DNA of 64,000 bases from an uncultured virus (IMG/VR IMGVR_UViG_3300024999_000036) (Duplodnaviria; Heunggongvirae; Uroviricota; Caudoviricetes): IMG/VR virus record IMGVR_UViG_3300024999_000036, one strand, 5' to 3'. The notes beneath the pieces are model-generated. The model did not search any database, had not been told where the DNA came from, and saw nothing but the letters and a program-made list of their open reading frames with translations. Shown here in pieces: positions 42,782-52,449 of the stretch. Both the position numbers and the translations under genes were made by a program. Every line of letters begins with the position of its first letter. Position 1 is the first letter of the stretch.

Positions 42782-42797
42782 ATACTATTATTAAAAA

Positions 42798-43352
42798 TTA
42801 TTTACAATTAATAAATGTAGATTCTTTTATATATATAATTCCATTTTTAAGAATAATATTTGATTTGTCATTTAGATTTAAACTTTTATTTGTTTTTGTA
42901 AATACAATTGTATTTTGACCAGAATTAAATTTTATATCATTCATAGACATATCGTATTTAATAATTAAATCTCTTATTTTATAATAAGTATTTCCGTTAT
43001 ATTCTACGGTATTTTTTAAAAGGTTAATATCCGTTGTTTGTTCATCAACAATTAGCGTAGGCGTAGTAGCAGGAGGCGTAACCACAACAGGATCACTCAC
43101 TGTACCACCTCCACCAAAAACAAAACTATTTGTCTCACTATTCCATTCTAACACTAATCCAGATTGTGTAACAAATTTTGCGTTGATATACAATTGACCA
43201 TTTTGAAATTCAGGATTAGTTTTTATTTGATCAAACATTAATTGTAACTTATTTATTGTTGTATCTGCAAAAGCAAATGAAGCGTTGAATAGAATAGTTG
43301 TTGGGATTACAGCAAGCATAATTAGTTTTTTTAATTGCTTTATTTTTTTCAT
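42798..43352 (-). CDS. Secreted moron protein with stalk-like domain
   Basis: Signal peptide ending AFA; YNGNTYYKIRDL; SD AAGGAGAG and a TTGCAA-17-TAAAAT promoter on the minus strand. Confidence 0.7.
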   Translation of the reverse strand: MKKIKQLKKLIMLAVIPTTILFNASFAFADTTINKLQLMFDQIKTNPEFQNGQLYINAKFVTQSGLVLEWNSETNSFVFGGGGTVSDPVVVTPPATTPTLIVDEQTTDINLLKNTVEYNGNTYYKIRDLIIKYDMSMNDIKFNSGQNTIVFTKTNKSLNLNDKSNIILKNGIIYIKESTFINCK

Positions 43353-43544
43353 GAATATTCACTCTCCTTTTTAGTTTTGGTTATATTTTACCATAGGCAA
43401 TAAAGTATTGCAAGTATTAAATTAGTAAAATAATAATATTATTTTTATTAATTATTTATAAAATACTAAAATAAATATGTTGACTTTCACTCTCCTTTAT
43501 AGTATTATATTATTGAAAATAAAAATATATTAAAGGAGAGTGTT

Positions 43545-44466
43545 ATGAAAAACATGGAAGAAGAAAAGATTTTAAAAGCAACACACTTTGGTAAAATAAC
43601 TATTGGAGAGAAAGTGCTGACTTGTGCAGTTTTAGAAGATGGCACTAGAATTTTATCAAATAAAGCTATGTTTAGTGCATTTGATAAAGTACGGAAAGGT
43701 AAAAGTAAAGAAGAAAATAGAGTGACCAACATGCCTAGTTTTATAGATGCAAATAACCTCAAACCCTATATAAATAAGGCTTTTAATGAGGGGGACCGAG
43801 TTTTCAATAAAATATACTGCAAAGAATAAAAGTATATTGAATGGATATAGAGCAGAAATTTTACCTATTATTTGTGATGTATACTTACAAGCTAGACAAG
43901 ATGGTGTATTAACTCCTAATCAAAAACCTACTGCTTTAGCAACAGAAATTCTTATTCGTTCTTTATCTAAAATTGGTATAATTTCACTTATTGATGAAGC
44001 CACTGGATATCAGGAAGAGCGTGAGCGTGATGAATTACAAAAATTATTATCTTTATATGTAAGAGAAGAATTCTTACCTTGGACTAGAAGATTTCCATTA
44101 GAATTTTATAAGGAAATGTTTAGACTTAAAGGATGGGAATATAAAGGCAATGCTAAATCACCGCTAGTTGGTCAATATACTAACAAATATGTTTATGATG
44201 TATTGCCAGAGGCAGTATTAGATGAATTAAGGAATAAAAATCCTTTAGTTAAAAATAAATCTAATGAGAGTAAGTTTTATAGAAAATATAAATTCCATCA
44301 ATTTTTAACCGAAAATATTGGTATTTCTCATTTAGATAAACACTTAGCTTCGGTTATTACTATTATGAAATTAAGTGATAATTGGGAACATTTTGAATCT
44401 TTATTTGATAGACGATATGCTGAAACTAAAGATGATGATGAGAATAAAAATATAATAGATGTTTAA
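43545..44466 (+). pseudogene. P63C-domain protein split by a +1 frame change near a G5 run
   Basis: CAVLEDGTRIL..NLKPYI in the first frame; GYRAEILP..LIDEATGYQ..PWTRRFP in the second; GGGGG at 43790-43794. Confidence 0.75.
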
Positions 44467-44470
44467 GATA

Positions 44471-44506
44471 GTATTATTAGGTAGTTTTAAAACTACCTAA
44501 TAATAC
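44471..44506. repeat. Perfect 36-bp palindrome
   Basis: GTATTATTAGGTAGTTTT|AAAACTACCTAATAATAC. Confidence 0.9.
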
Positions 44507-44547
44507 ATAAAATATTATTAAAAATTTTAAATGAGGTAGCATAAAAT

Positions 44548-44757
44548 ATGAATAATAAACTAATTGAAAATATAAAAGATTTAATAAATGAAAATAAAGA
44601 TAATTCAGTAGGAATGGATATAGATGTTTTAAATGAAACTTTTAATCTTAATATTATTGATGAAGAAAAAGAAGAAGTTGTAACTATTTATGAAATAAAC
44701 TTAAATGAATTGTTTAATAAAATATTTGATAATGATATAAAATTAGAATGGTTTTAA
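44548..44757 (+). CDS. Small acidic hypothetical protein
   Basis: SD GAGGT; 69-aa ORF. Confidence 0.5.
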   Translation: MNNKLIENIKDLINENKDNSVGMDIDVLNETFNLNIIDEEKEEVVTIYEINLNELFNKIFDNDIKLEWF

Positions 44758-45010
44758 AGTTAATAGGATATATTTGGAAGATGATTATATAGTTAAAGAT
44801 ACTATAATCTCCACTAATAAATATGTAGATGATTATGCGGATGGCAAAGTATATGTTTATATTCAAAATATTTAATTAGAATAATAATATAAATATTTAG
44901 ATGCTCATTTCTTGACATTCTTCCTCATATATTGTACTATAATATTACTAAACATTCACCTACCGATACATATTCACTTATAGTATAATATATGTTGGGA
45001 GCGTGATTTT

Positions 45011-45367
45011 ATGGATGAATATAATGAAAATGAATTTTTACTTAATAAATCTTTATTAAACAAAACTAAAAACAAAACAAAGAACAAGGATGATAAGATA
45101 GTTGTTAGAATAGGTGCAGAATTAAAAGAACAGTTTACTAAGTTTGTTGAAAACAAAGGGGCTACTGTTTCAGATTATATTAGGCAAATGATTGTACAAG
45201 AGATGCATGAAAATTCAACTCAAGAGAATGTAGGTTCTGTAAAAGAATTTTTGTCAGAATATTATAATCCAGAAGCAAATATTTCTAAAGACATTCAAAC
45301 TCTTAAAGAAAAAATGATTTTGTTAGAATATAGATTAAATGAAAGGTTAAATGAAAATAAAGAGTAA
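45011..45367 (+). CDS. Ribbon-helix-helix protein, paralog of 26861..27205
   Basis: KDDKIVVRIGAELKEQF...VSDYIRQMI. Confidence 0.75.
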   Translation: MDEYNENEFLLNKSLLNKTKNKTKNKDDKIVVRIGAELKEQFTKFVENKGATVSDYIRQMIVQEMHENSTQENVGSVKEFLSEYYNPEANISKDIQTLKEKMILLEYRLNERLNENKE

Positions 45368-45526
45368 TTCTATGCAAATAAGTGTTATTCTAAGATAGTA
45401 GTAAATAAATCCATTATATGCTTTGTTATCACATTGGGTGAACATTGTAATAACAAATTAAAACCTCTATAATATGTTTATAGGGTTAATATTCCTTATA
45501 AATATTAAATTATGGAGGTTTTTATT

Positions 45527-46000
45527 ATGTTAAACTTTATTCAAGATCCTATTTCAAACCTTAATCTTAATTATCTCAATCAATTCGTTAACCACAAAGT
45601 AGAAATCACCACTAGAGGATCAAGAATTACTTTTACCTATCAGGATTTTAATTATGATATTTACGATAATGATTTAGTATTGATGGATGAAATAGACACC
45701 GATTGTAGAATATACATACCTTTGGAAGAAGTAATAGAAATAACTAATCTTACTGATGATTTATACACGACAGTTATAGACATTAAATATGGTGAATCTG
45801 GAAATAAGATTTTATCAATTTGTTGTGCAGAACGTAGACCAGTTCCTATTAAGTGCGATAAGTGTGGATACGTTTTTAGTGAGGATGAACAGATTTGGTA
45901 TATTAATCAACAGGGACAATATGGAAGTGTGTATGATGGGGATTGGATTTGTAAGAAATTGTGTGATAGATGTGTTGAGGTTTTAATGGATGATAATTAA
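45527..46000 (+). CDS. Acidic beta-rich protein with C-terminal Zn finger
   Basis: SD GGAGG; CDKC...CDRC; own promoter TTGTAA-17-TATAAT at 45445-45473. Confidence 0.65.
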   Translation: MLNFIQDPISNLNLNYLNQFVNHKVEITTRGSRITFTYQDFNYDIYDNDLVLMDEIDTDCRIYIPLEEVIEITNLTDDLYTTVIDIKYGESGNKILSICCAERRPVPIKCDKCGYVFSEDEQIWYINQQGQYGSVYDGDWICKKLCDRCVEVLMDDN

Positions 46001-46120
46001 ATTTATAGGGTGTGAAATATCACCCTATATTTTTATGTTAATTATAATATTTATATAATAAACTGAAAGCAATAAGTTTGATTAAAAATAAAACAAAGAA
46101 AGGAGGTGAATATTTTTATC

Positions 46121-46240
46121 ATGCTCAATATCCTATGCAACGTAACCTTAAACAAACAAAATAAAAAAGAAATCCAACAAATGATTACTGCTGGATTTAC
46201 AGTAGGACAAATTGTTGATAAATTAGGTGTTAGTATAATA
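46121..46240 (+). CDS. 39-aa hypothetical protein
   Basis: Strong SD AAGGAGGTGA; open frame MLNILCNVTL...LGVSI. Confidence 0.5.
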
Positions 46241-46259
46241 CTCTAACATATTATTTTAT

Positions 46260-46472
46260 TTACCTTGTTTTAAAATTTTTCTTAATTTCTTTTATTGCTT
46301 CTTCTTTTGCTTTATCAATTAAATAAGAAGTTTCAACATTATTAGTTGTTCCACATTTTTGACAAGTTAAATTAAGACTTTTATGGTTTAATAAATCTTG
46401 TTGTGTATAATTATGATTGATAATTTCATTGCAATTTTTACATTGAAATTTCATATTAACTTTAATATCCAT
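46260..46472 (-). CDS. Small Zn-ribbon protein, probably SigH-dependent
   Basis: CKNC and CQKC; SD GGGAGGTGA; AGGA-17-GAAT at 46527-46503 on the minus strand. Confidence 0.7.
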   Translation of the reverse strand: MDIKVNMKFQCKNCNEIINHNYTQQDLLNHKSLNLTCQKCGTTNNVETSYLIDKAKEEAIKEIKKNFKTR

Positions 46473-46660
46473 AGTTAGTTATCACCTCCCTTCTCTATAT
46501 TTATTCGACAGTTGGGAGGTGTTTCCTTTGACAAAGAATGTTGGTATATGTCTATTAATGTCGGATATATTATTAACTAATTAAAATTTAAATATTTTTA
46601 ACAATTAAGACCTCTTTAATAGGGGGTCTTTATATTTTATCTGGAAGGATGTGATTTTAT

Positions 46661-49228
46661 ATAAATAAAAATAATAATATAGACCAAAATAATAATCTAA
46701 TAAAAACAAAAAGATACTTCATAGAATTTCATGAAAAATCTAATCCAGAATTAGTCAAATCTTTTAACGGTAAAATAAGACATGATTTTGATAAAATATC
46801 AGAATTAATGTCTGCTGAATTAACAGATGAACAAGTAGAAAAATTAACTAAGCATGAAAAAATAAAAAATATTAGACCAGTAAGTAAATGTGGCGGTGCT
46901 TATGTAAATTCTGATTGGGGTTATAATGAAACAAAAGTAGCAGATAGATATTATGGTCGTTATTCAGGTAATGGTGTTAAAGTTGCAATTGTTGATACTG
47001 GACTTAGATATCATGAAGATTTACCAACAGCGTATGAATTTGTAGATTACGTAAATAGTCAATCTTCACAATATGATGATGGTTGGCATGGTACATTTAT
47101 TGCTGGCATAATAGCAGGGCAAGATAATGATGTTGGTTTTATTGGTATTGCCCCTGACGTTCAATTATATATTGCAAAAGTATTAGATAGTGATGCAATG
47201 GGATATTTAGATGATGTAATTAATGGTGTAGATTGGGCTATAAGTAAAAATGTTGATATTATAAACTTTTCTATATCAATGCCTGATTCTTTTACATCAG
47301 AAGAGAATCAATTAATAATAGATGCTTGCAGACGTGCGTACAATGCAGGAATAATAGTTGTATCTTGTTCTGGTAACGGAACACTATCTGACACATGGGA
47401 TTGGGTAGCTAAATCTACGGTTAGTTGTCCTGCGTATGACTATTCTTGTGTAGCTGTTGGTTCAGTTGATTATAATCCTAGAGTACGCTCTTATTTTTCT
47501 AATTATGGTACTGGTCTTGATTTAGTAGCACCAGGAAATGATGTAAATAGCACTTATTATTCTGGATATGGTACTGGTTATGGTACATCATTCGCAACTG
47601 CAAGCGTAGTTGGTCATTTAGCATGTTTAAAAGAAAAATATCCATCATACTCACGTTCATCATTAGTTAGTAAGTTATTATCATTATGTCAATATATTGG
47701 TAGTTCTAATGAATATGGTTCTGGTATGGTAATGGCAGAATTAGATGTTTTAGGTACGTTTCCATCAAATACTTATCCAACGTATGATTATAGGATAGAC
47801 AGAGGTTTTCATACTATATCTTGGCCTAGTGTAACAAATGCAGAAAATTATGTATTATATTATCCAAAAACTACAGAATCTGATTTATATAAATTATTTA
47901 GAAATGTAGAATGTGGTACAAATACATATTATAATAATTTATTGTTAGAATATGGTTATACGTACAAATTGCAAGTTGGTGCGTTTGGAATGGATGGGCA
48001 AAGTGTTGAAACATTGATAGCATTAGCTACGATCGCTCCTAAACCTCCTACTTTATCTATGGTTAGCAAAACAGATAATTCAATTACTGTACAAGTAGAT
48101 TTAGTTGATGGTTTGGCAGAGGGTGATATTGTATATATCTCTCCTTCTGGAACACAATCTTCAATAGAAACTTCACCTGAAGGTCAAGTAACATTTACTG
48201 GATTGACTTCAGGTACACAATATTCTTTGTATGCTAGATCGTGGGTATTAGGTGGAGATGGAGTAACACAAGTATTTTGTTTAACTAATGGTGCAACCAT
48301 TAATATAACAACAAATGCATTAGCACCAGAAACACCTTCTTCTGCCCCAATAATTACTTCAAGAGGTGAAGGAAGTTTAAGTTTATCTTGGGGTGTATCA
48401 ACTTATGCAACATCTTACACTTTAAGATACAAACGTCATGATAGTGAAGTTTATTATACTGTACCGAATATTTCTGGAACGACATATACACTATCAGGAT
48501 TAGAATATGGTGTGACATATGATTTATCTGTCAAGGGAGATAATAGTACAGGTAGTTCAGAATATACTATAGAGTATTCAGGAACAACAACTGCAAAATC
48601 ACCAGGTGATTTAACTAATCCTGCTACTACAAATGATACAATAGACGTAAGAGTTGCTGATGGAATGACTGGTAATTGGGATTATATAAGAGTTTATGCT
48701 TATCAAAATGGAATAGTCCCTGCATATAAAGATATTACTTATGCTAGTTATCAAAGTGGAACTAGAATAGTTACATGGACAAATTTATCTGCTGGATTAC
48801 AATATAAATTTAATGCAAGAACATATTATACATATAATAGTGTAGCATTAGATAGTGTTTATTGGTCTAATGATTTATATGTAACAACTACTAGTAGACC
48901 AGATAATTTTAGTTGGACTACACCAAAAGTTCAAGGTGATCCTGCAACAAATTTAACTGCTACAGAATGGAATGCTTTATGTATAAGAATAAATGAATTC
49001 AGACAATATAAAGGACTATCTACTATTTCCTTTACTATATTAAGTAGTGGAGGATTTTTTTATGCAAGTAATCTTAATGAAGCACGTAATGCAATATACC
49101 CAATGAATTCTGTGGGATTATTTTCAACAAGATTAGGTATTAGTGATGTGGTAGATCCAAATGATGCAGATGATTTACTGGCAAGTGATTTAAATGCTTT
49201 GGTTAGTTGTTTGAATGCTATAGAATAG
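46661..49228 (+). CDS. Subtilisin (S8) protease with I9-like propeptide fused to FN3 domains
   Basis: IVDTG, HGTFIAG and GTSFA triad motifs; FN3 patterns (LSW...YTL...LEYGVTY). Frame is open 49 codons upstream of ATG 46808, back to ATA 46661 behind an SD. Confidence 0.85.
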   Translation: MNKNNNIDQNNNLIKTKRYFIEFHEKSNPELVKSFNGKIRHDFDKISELMSAELTDEQVEKLTKHEKIKNIRPVSKCGGAYVNSDWGYNETKVADRYYGRYSGNGVKVAIVDTGLRYHEDLPTAYEFVDYVNSQSSQYDDGWHGTFIAGIIAGQDNDVGFIGIAPDVQLYIAKVLDSDAMGYLDDVINGVDWAISKNVDIINFSISMPDSFTSEENQLIIDACRRAYNAGIIVVSCSGNGTLSDTWDWVAKSTVSCPAYDYSCVAVGSVDYNPRVRSYFSNYGTGLDLVAPGNDVNSTYYSGYGTGYGTSFATASVVGHLACLKEKYPSYSRSSLVSKLLSLCQYIGSSNEYGSGMVMAELDVLGTFPSNTYPTYDYRIDRGFHTISWPSVTNAENYVLYYPKTTESDLYKLFRNVECGTNTYYNNLLLEYGYTYKLQVGAFGMDGQSVETLIALATIAPKPPTLSMVSKTDNSITVQVDLVDGLAEGDIVYISPSGTQSSIETSPEGQVTFTGLTSGTQYSLYARSWVLGGDGVTQVFCLTNGATINITTNALAPETPSSAPIITSRGEGSLSLSWGVSTYATSYTLRYKRHDSEVYYTVPNISGTTYTLSGLEYGVTYDLSVKGDNSTGSSEYTIEYSGTTTAKSPGDLTNPATTNDTIDVRVADGMTGNWDYIRVYAYQNGIVPAYKDITYASYQSGTRIVTWTNLSAGLQYKFNARTYYTYNSVALDSVYWSNDLYVTTTSRPDNFSWTTPKVQGDPATNLTATEWNALCIRINEFRQYKGLSTISFTILSSGGFFYASNLNEARNAIYPMNSVGLFSTRLGISDVVDPNDADDLLASDLNALVSCLNAIE

Positions 49229-49298
49229 ATTGGTAAAATAATTATTTAAATATCAAAACAATAATAATATAAATTAAAAATAAAAGGAGATATAAAAT

Positions 49299-49475
49299 AT
49301 GCTATACGAAATTAGTGATCAAGTTAAAAATAATATATTAGTATTTTTAGACAAAGTAAGTTATGTGGGATTCCGAGAGGTTGTCGCCATTAATGAAGTG
49401 TTAAATGCGTTAAATAATCCAATTAAAGAATCAATAGTTAAAGAGAAAGGAGTAGATGATAAAGAGAAAATATAA
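49299..49475 (+). CDS. 58-aa hypothetical protein
   Basis: SD AAGGAGA; MLYEISDQVKNNILVFLD...; not in the ORF track. Confidence 0.65.
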   Translation: MLYEISDQVKNNILVFLDKVSYVGFREVVAINEVLNALNNPIKESIVKEKGVDDKEKI

Positions 49476-49535
49476 TAATTATATAAGATATTAATAATAT
49501 AATATAAAAATCATAAACAAAGGATGTGATTTAAA

Positions 49536-50177
49536 TTGTCAATATTTTCTCCATACAACGAATTTTTTCAAATACTCTGGTTCACTGATGATAATGGAAA
49601 TAAAATATCAATTCAAAGATTAAATGAACAACATAAAATTGTAAATAATCGAATTATGTTAAAAAATGTTCCAGATTCTTTTTATAAAGTATCAATAACA
49701 TCTAAATATGAGATAGATATAAATCAAGCAATAACCGGAACATCATACTATAAAGTTGACTACGAGACAGGATATGTTTTTTTTGATTCTTCACTTGAAA
49801 GTCAAACAATAACAGTAGCACAATATTTCGGTCGTGGGATCGTTTATATAATGGCGAAACGCACACAATTACAAAACGAAAATAACTTATACACTTCCGA
49901 TAACGTTGAGGATTTTGCTAATGAAATAACACAAAGAGTAGATAATTTAGTTTTAAATTCTGGTTCTGGTGATGCAGAAATTGTTGATAGTAGAACTTCT
50001 GCTCCAACAGGTATTACATATTCAACTTTAAAAAATAGATTAGACAATGAATATGATGATTTTGTTAATAAACAAGGTGATAATAATATAATTGGGTCCA
50101 TAATTTTTAATAATAGATTTAAAATAAAATACAACTCAACAACTGATTCCTTAGATATAGAAATAATACCAAATTAA
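49536..50177 (+). CDS. Tail/baseplate-associated protein
   Basis: YKVDYETGYVFF; AEIVDSR...TLKNRLD fibre-anchor motif. Confidence 0.65.
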   Translation: MSIFSPYNEFFQILWFTDDNGNKISIQRLNEQHKIVNNRIMLKNVPDSFYKVSITSKYEIDINQAITGTSYYKVDYETGYVFFDSSLESQTITVAQYFGRGIVYIMAKRTQLQNENNLYTSDNVEDFANEITQRVDNLVLNSGSGDAEIVDSRTSAPTGITYSTLKNRLDNEYDDFVNKQGDNNIIGSIIFNNRFKIKYNSTTDSLDIEIIPN

Positions 50178-50195
50178 AAAGTAGGTGATAATAAT

Positions 50196-50528
50196 ATGGC
50201 AGTTATTGCACGTTTATTTAGAAATGGAAATTTACATATTGCAGGACAATTATATACAACAGAGACTTCATTTGATGATAATGAAATAATAGATGATACT
50301 ACTTTATTAGATGATACATATGTTTTTGATACTACAAATGAATTTGATACATTTTTTAGTTATCTATTTAGTTTGACAATATCCTATTCAAATGTAAATA
50401 CTTTTAGAATTGATTCACATGGAAATTTAATAACACCACAATTAAATCAATCTGCAAGTAATATTAATATAAATAATAATAAACATTTGTCAATTACTGG
50501 TGTCTTAACTGAGAACACCAGTTTTTAA
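50196..50528 (+). CDS. Hypothetical tail-region protein
   Basis: ORF in operon with SD. Confidence 0.5.
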   Translation: MAVIARLFRNGNLHIAGQLYTTETSFDDNEIIDDTTLLDDTYVFDTTNEFDTFFSYLFSLTISYSNVNTFRIDSHGNLITPQLNQSASNININNNKHLSITGVLTENTSF

Positions 50529-50565
50529 TTTATACAAATAATAAAAAATTAAAGGAGGTTATATC

Positions 50566-51540
50566 ATGGGACAATTTCCTTTTGGGGATCTATTAAGTAC
50601 ATTTAAAGATCTAACATCAAAAGGTTTAAGAGTTATTAGTGAATCTAAAATTACAGGTGGTTATTCCCCTGCAAATTTAACAATGCAAAATGCTGCTGTA
50701 GCAGATGGCAATGGAACAAATTTAGATGTAAATGATTATGCAACTGCTGTATTAGAAATTAGAGGTACTTTTGTTGGAACTATTAATTTTGAAGGTTCAA
50801 TTGATGATACAAATTGGTATCCTATAGTAGCAACTAAGAATGATGGTACAAATGGTAGTACGACTACTACAGTAGGGTTGTATGAAGTAAAAGTTGCTAC
50901 TATAAAATCTGTACGTGCAAGAGTTAGTGGTTACGCTAGTGGTAGTATTACTGTAATTGGTAAAGTAAGTCCATTAGTTAATTCTGAGAAGAGTGTCCAA
51001 CTAACTGGTAGTAATGTTGAGGGAACACCGGATGTAGCAGTGCCACTAAAGGCAAATTTTGTAGCTGGTAAATATGTTGTTACTGATCCGGCCTATACTG
51101 ACGGTGATTTGTCTCCTTTGCGTACAAACGCAAAAGGAGAATTGATTGTAGCACCCAAAATCAGCGAGTTAGTAACGACACTATTTAGTTCAGTGGCAAT
51201 TGTAGATACAGCAGAAAACTTAAGTGCTCTTATTTCAGTGGCGACACTAGCTAAATATAGAGAGTTATACTTATTGGTTGTTAATTCTCTGGATAACGCT
51301 GGTCATAATGTTGCTCTGGTTCTAACACCATTAAATACTAATACAAATTTTGTTACCCCTGCCAATACTTATATAGAGCATACAGTATTAAATTATACAT
51401 CTAGGAGTTTATTGTTAACAAAAACGGAATTGCCTCCATTAGGTGCGCCTGGTGCGTATCCGTTCAAGCTTAAAGCAAAGGCAACTGTTGCTCCAACGGC
51501 AGGTTCTATAACTATTACATTGTGGGGGGTGCCTAATTAA
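50566..51540 (+). CDS. Putative receptor-binding/minor tail protein with variable C-terminus
   Basis: GTFVGTINFEGS.D..W..I domain; composition shift after VQLTGS. Confidence 0.55.
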   Translation: MGQFPFGDLLSTFKDLTSKGLRVISESKITGGYSPANLTMQNAAVADGNGTNLDVNDYATAVLEIRGTFVGTINFEGSIDDTNWYPIVATKNDGTNGSTTTTVGLYEVKVATIKSVRARVSGYASGSITVIGKVSPLVNSEKSVQLTGSNVEGTPDVAVPLKANFVAGKYVVTDPAYTDGDLSPLRTNAKGELIVAPKISELVTTLFSSVAIVDTAENLSALISVATLAKYRELYLLVVNSLDNAGHNVALVLTPLNTNTNFVTPANTYIEHTVLNYTSRSLLLTKTELPPLGAPGAYPFKLKAKATVAPTAGSITITLWGVPN

Positions 51541-51707
51541 TGCCAAATGAAACCGTACAAGCTGTTGAATGGGCGTTATCACAAGAAGGTGTGGATATTG
51601 AGCAGCCTTGGACTTTTGTTGATAAAGTACGTCAATATTTTAATGACAATAGTATCCAATACTCTACTTTTAGCTTTGATGATTTAACTCCGTTCTTAAT
51701 CAACTAA
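51540..51707 (+). CDS. 55-aa acidic protein, translationally coupled to the previous gene
   Basis: TAATG stop/start overlap; MPNETVQAVEWAL...FLIN. Confidence 0.6.
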   Translation: MPNETVQAVEWALSQEGVDIEQPWTFVDKVRQYFNDNSIQYSTFSFDDLTPFLIN

Positions 51708-51967
51708 AGGTGCGGAAAACCCGAACAACAATGACTCTAACGCAACATACTAGTTTACCAGGCCAACGTGGTGGCTTTAGTTCGGTAAGTACAACTTAAT
51801 AACAACTGAATATTGATTTCGCTATAAATAGTATAACTTAATATTGTCTAAATTAAATAATTTAAAAAACTTAATATAATACAAAAAATAAATAGAGTAG
51901 TTAATTTTTATTAATTAACTACTCTATTTAATAAAATATTATATTAATTATTCTACACAACATCAAA

Positions 51968-52025
51968 CCAAACAAACCTTTTATTACGATCTTAGATTTC
52001 ACAAAGTGTTGATTTTAAAGGGTTT
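51968..52025 (+). repeat. Bipartite dispersed repeat, copy 4
   Basis: CCAAACAAACCTTTTAT-18 nt-AAAGTGTTGATTTTAAAGGGTTT. Confidence 0.75.
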
Positions 52026-52334
52026 GTGAGTTTTACATTTTTTGATAATTGTAGTATTTTGCATATAAGATTAATAGTATAAAGTAAAAATATTAAAATA
52101 AAAAGAGAAGTATTTATGTTCTACTTCTCTTTTTATTAAATCAATAATATGTATTTTCAGGAGGTAGGTGAATGTATCTTCTATATAAATAATTTAATTA
52201 GAACCCCCATAAATACATCACTGGTGCTCGTAGGCTCTCGCGAATGATTTATAGGGATTCTAAAGTTAATATCTTATTGAATTGTGTTAGATCGTTAAAT
52301 TTTAATGTTTAATGTATTAAATTATTATGTATTT

Positions 52335-52407
52335 GAAAGATATGGTGTACCACTCTCATACACCATACCTCATAACAGCAATAATAGTAAGAGTATTATT
52401 GTGTGTA
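52335..52407 (-). ncRNA. Candidate small RNA divergent from the holin-like gene
   Basis: Minus-strand TTGACA-17-TATACT at 52442-52414; terminal 9-bp hairpin 52341-52367. Confidence 0.45.
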
Positions 52408-52449
52408 ACTATTAGTATATAACATAATGAGAGGAGTGTCAATTGTTTT

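Noticed and set aside
19527..51540. Diversity-generating retroelement acting on fibre genes
   Set aside because: No reverse transcriptase and no template/variable repeat pair found in the window.
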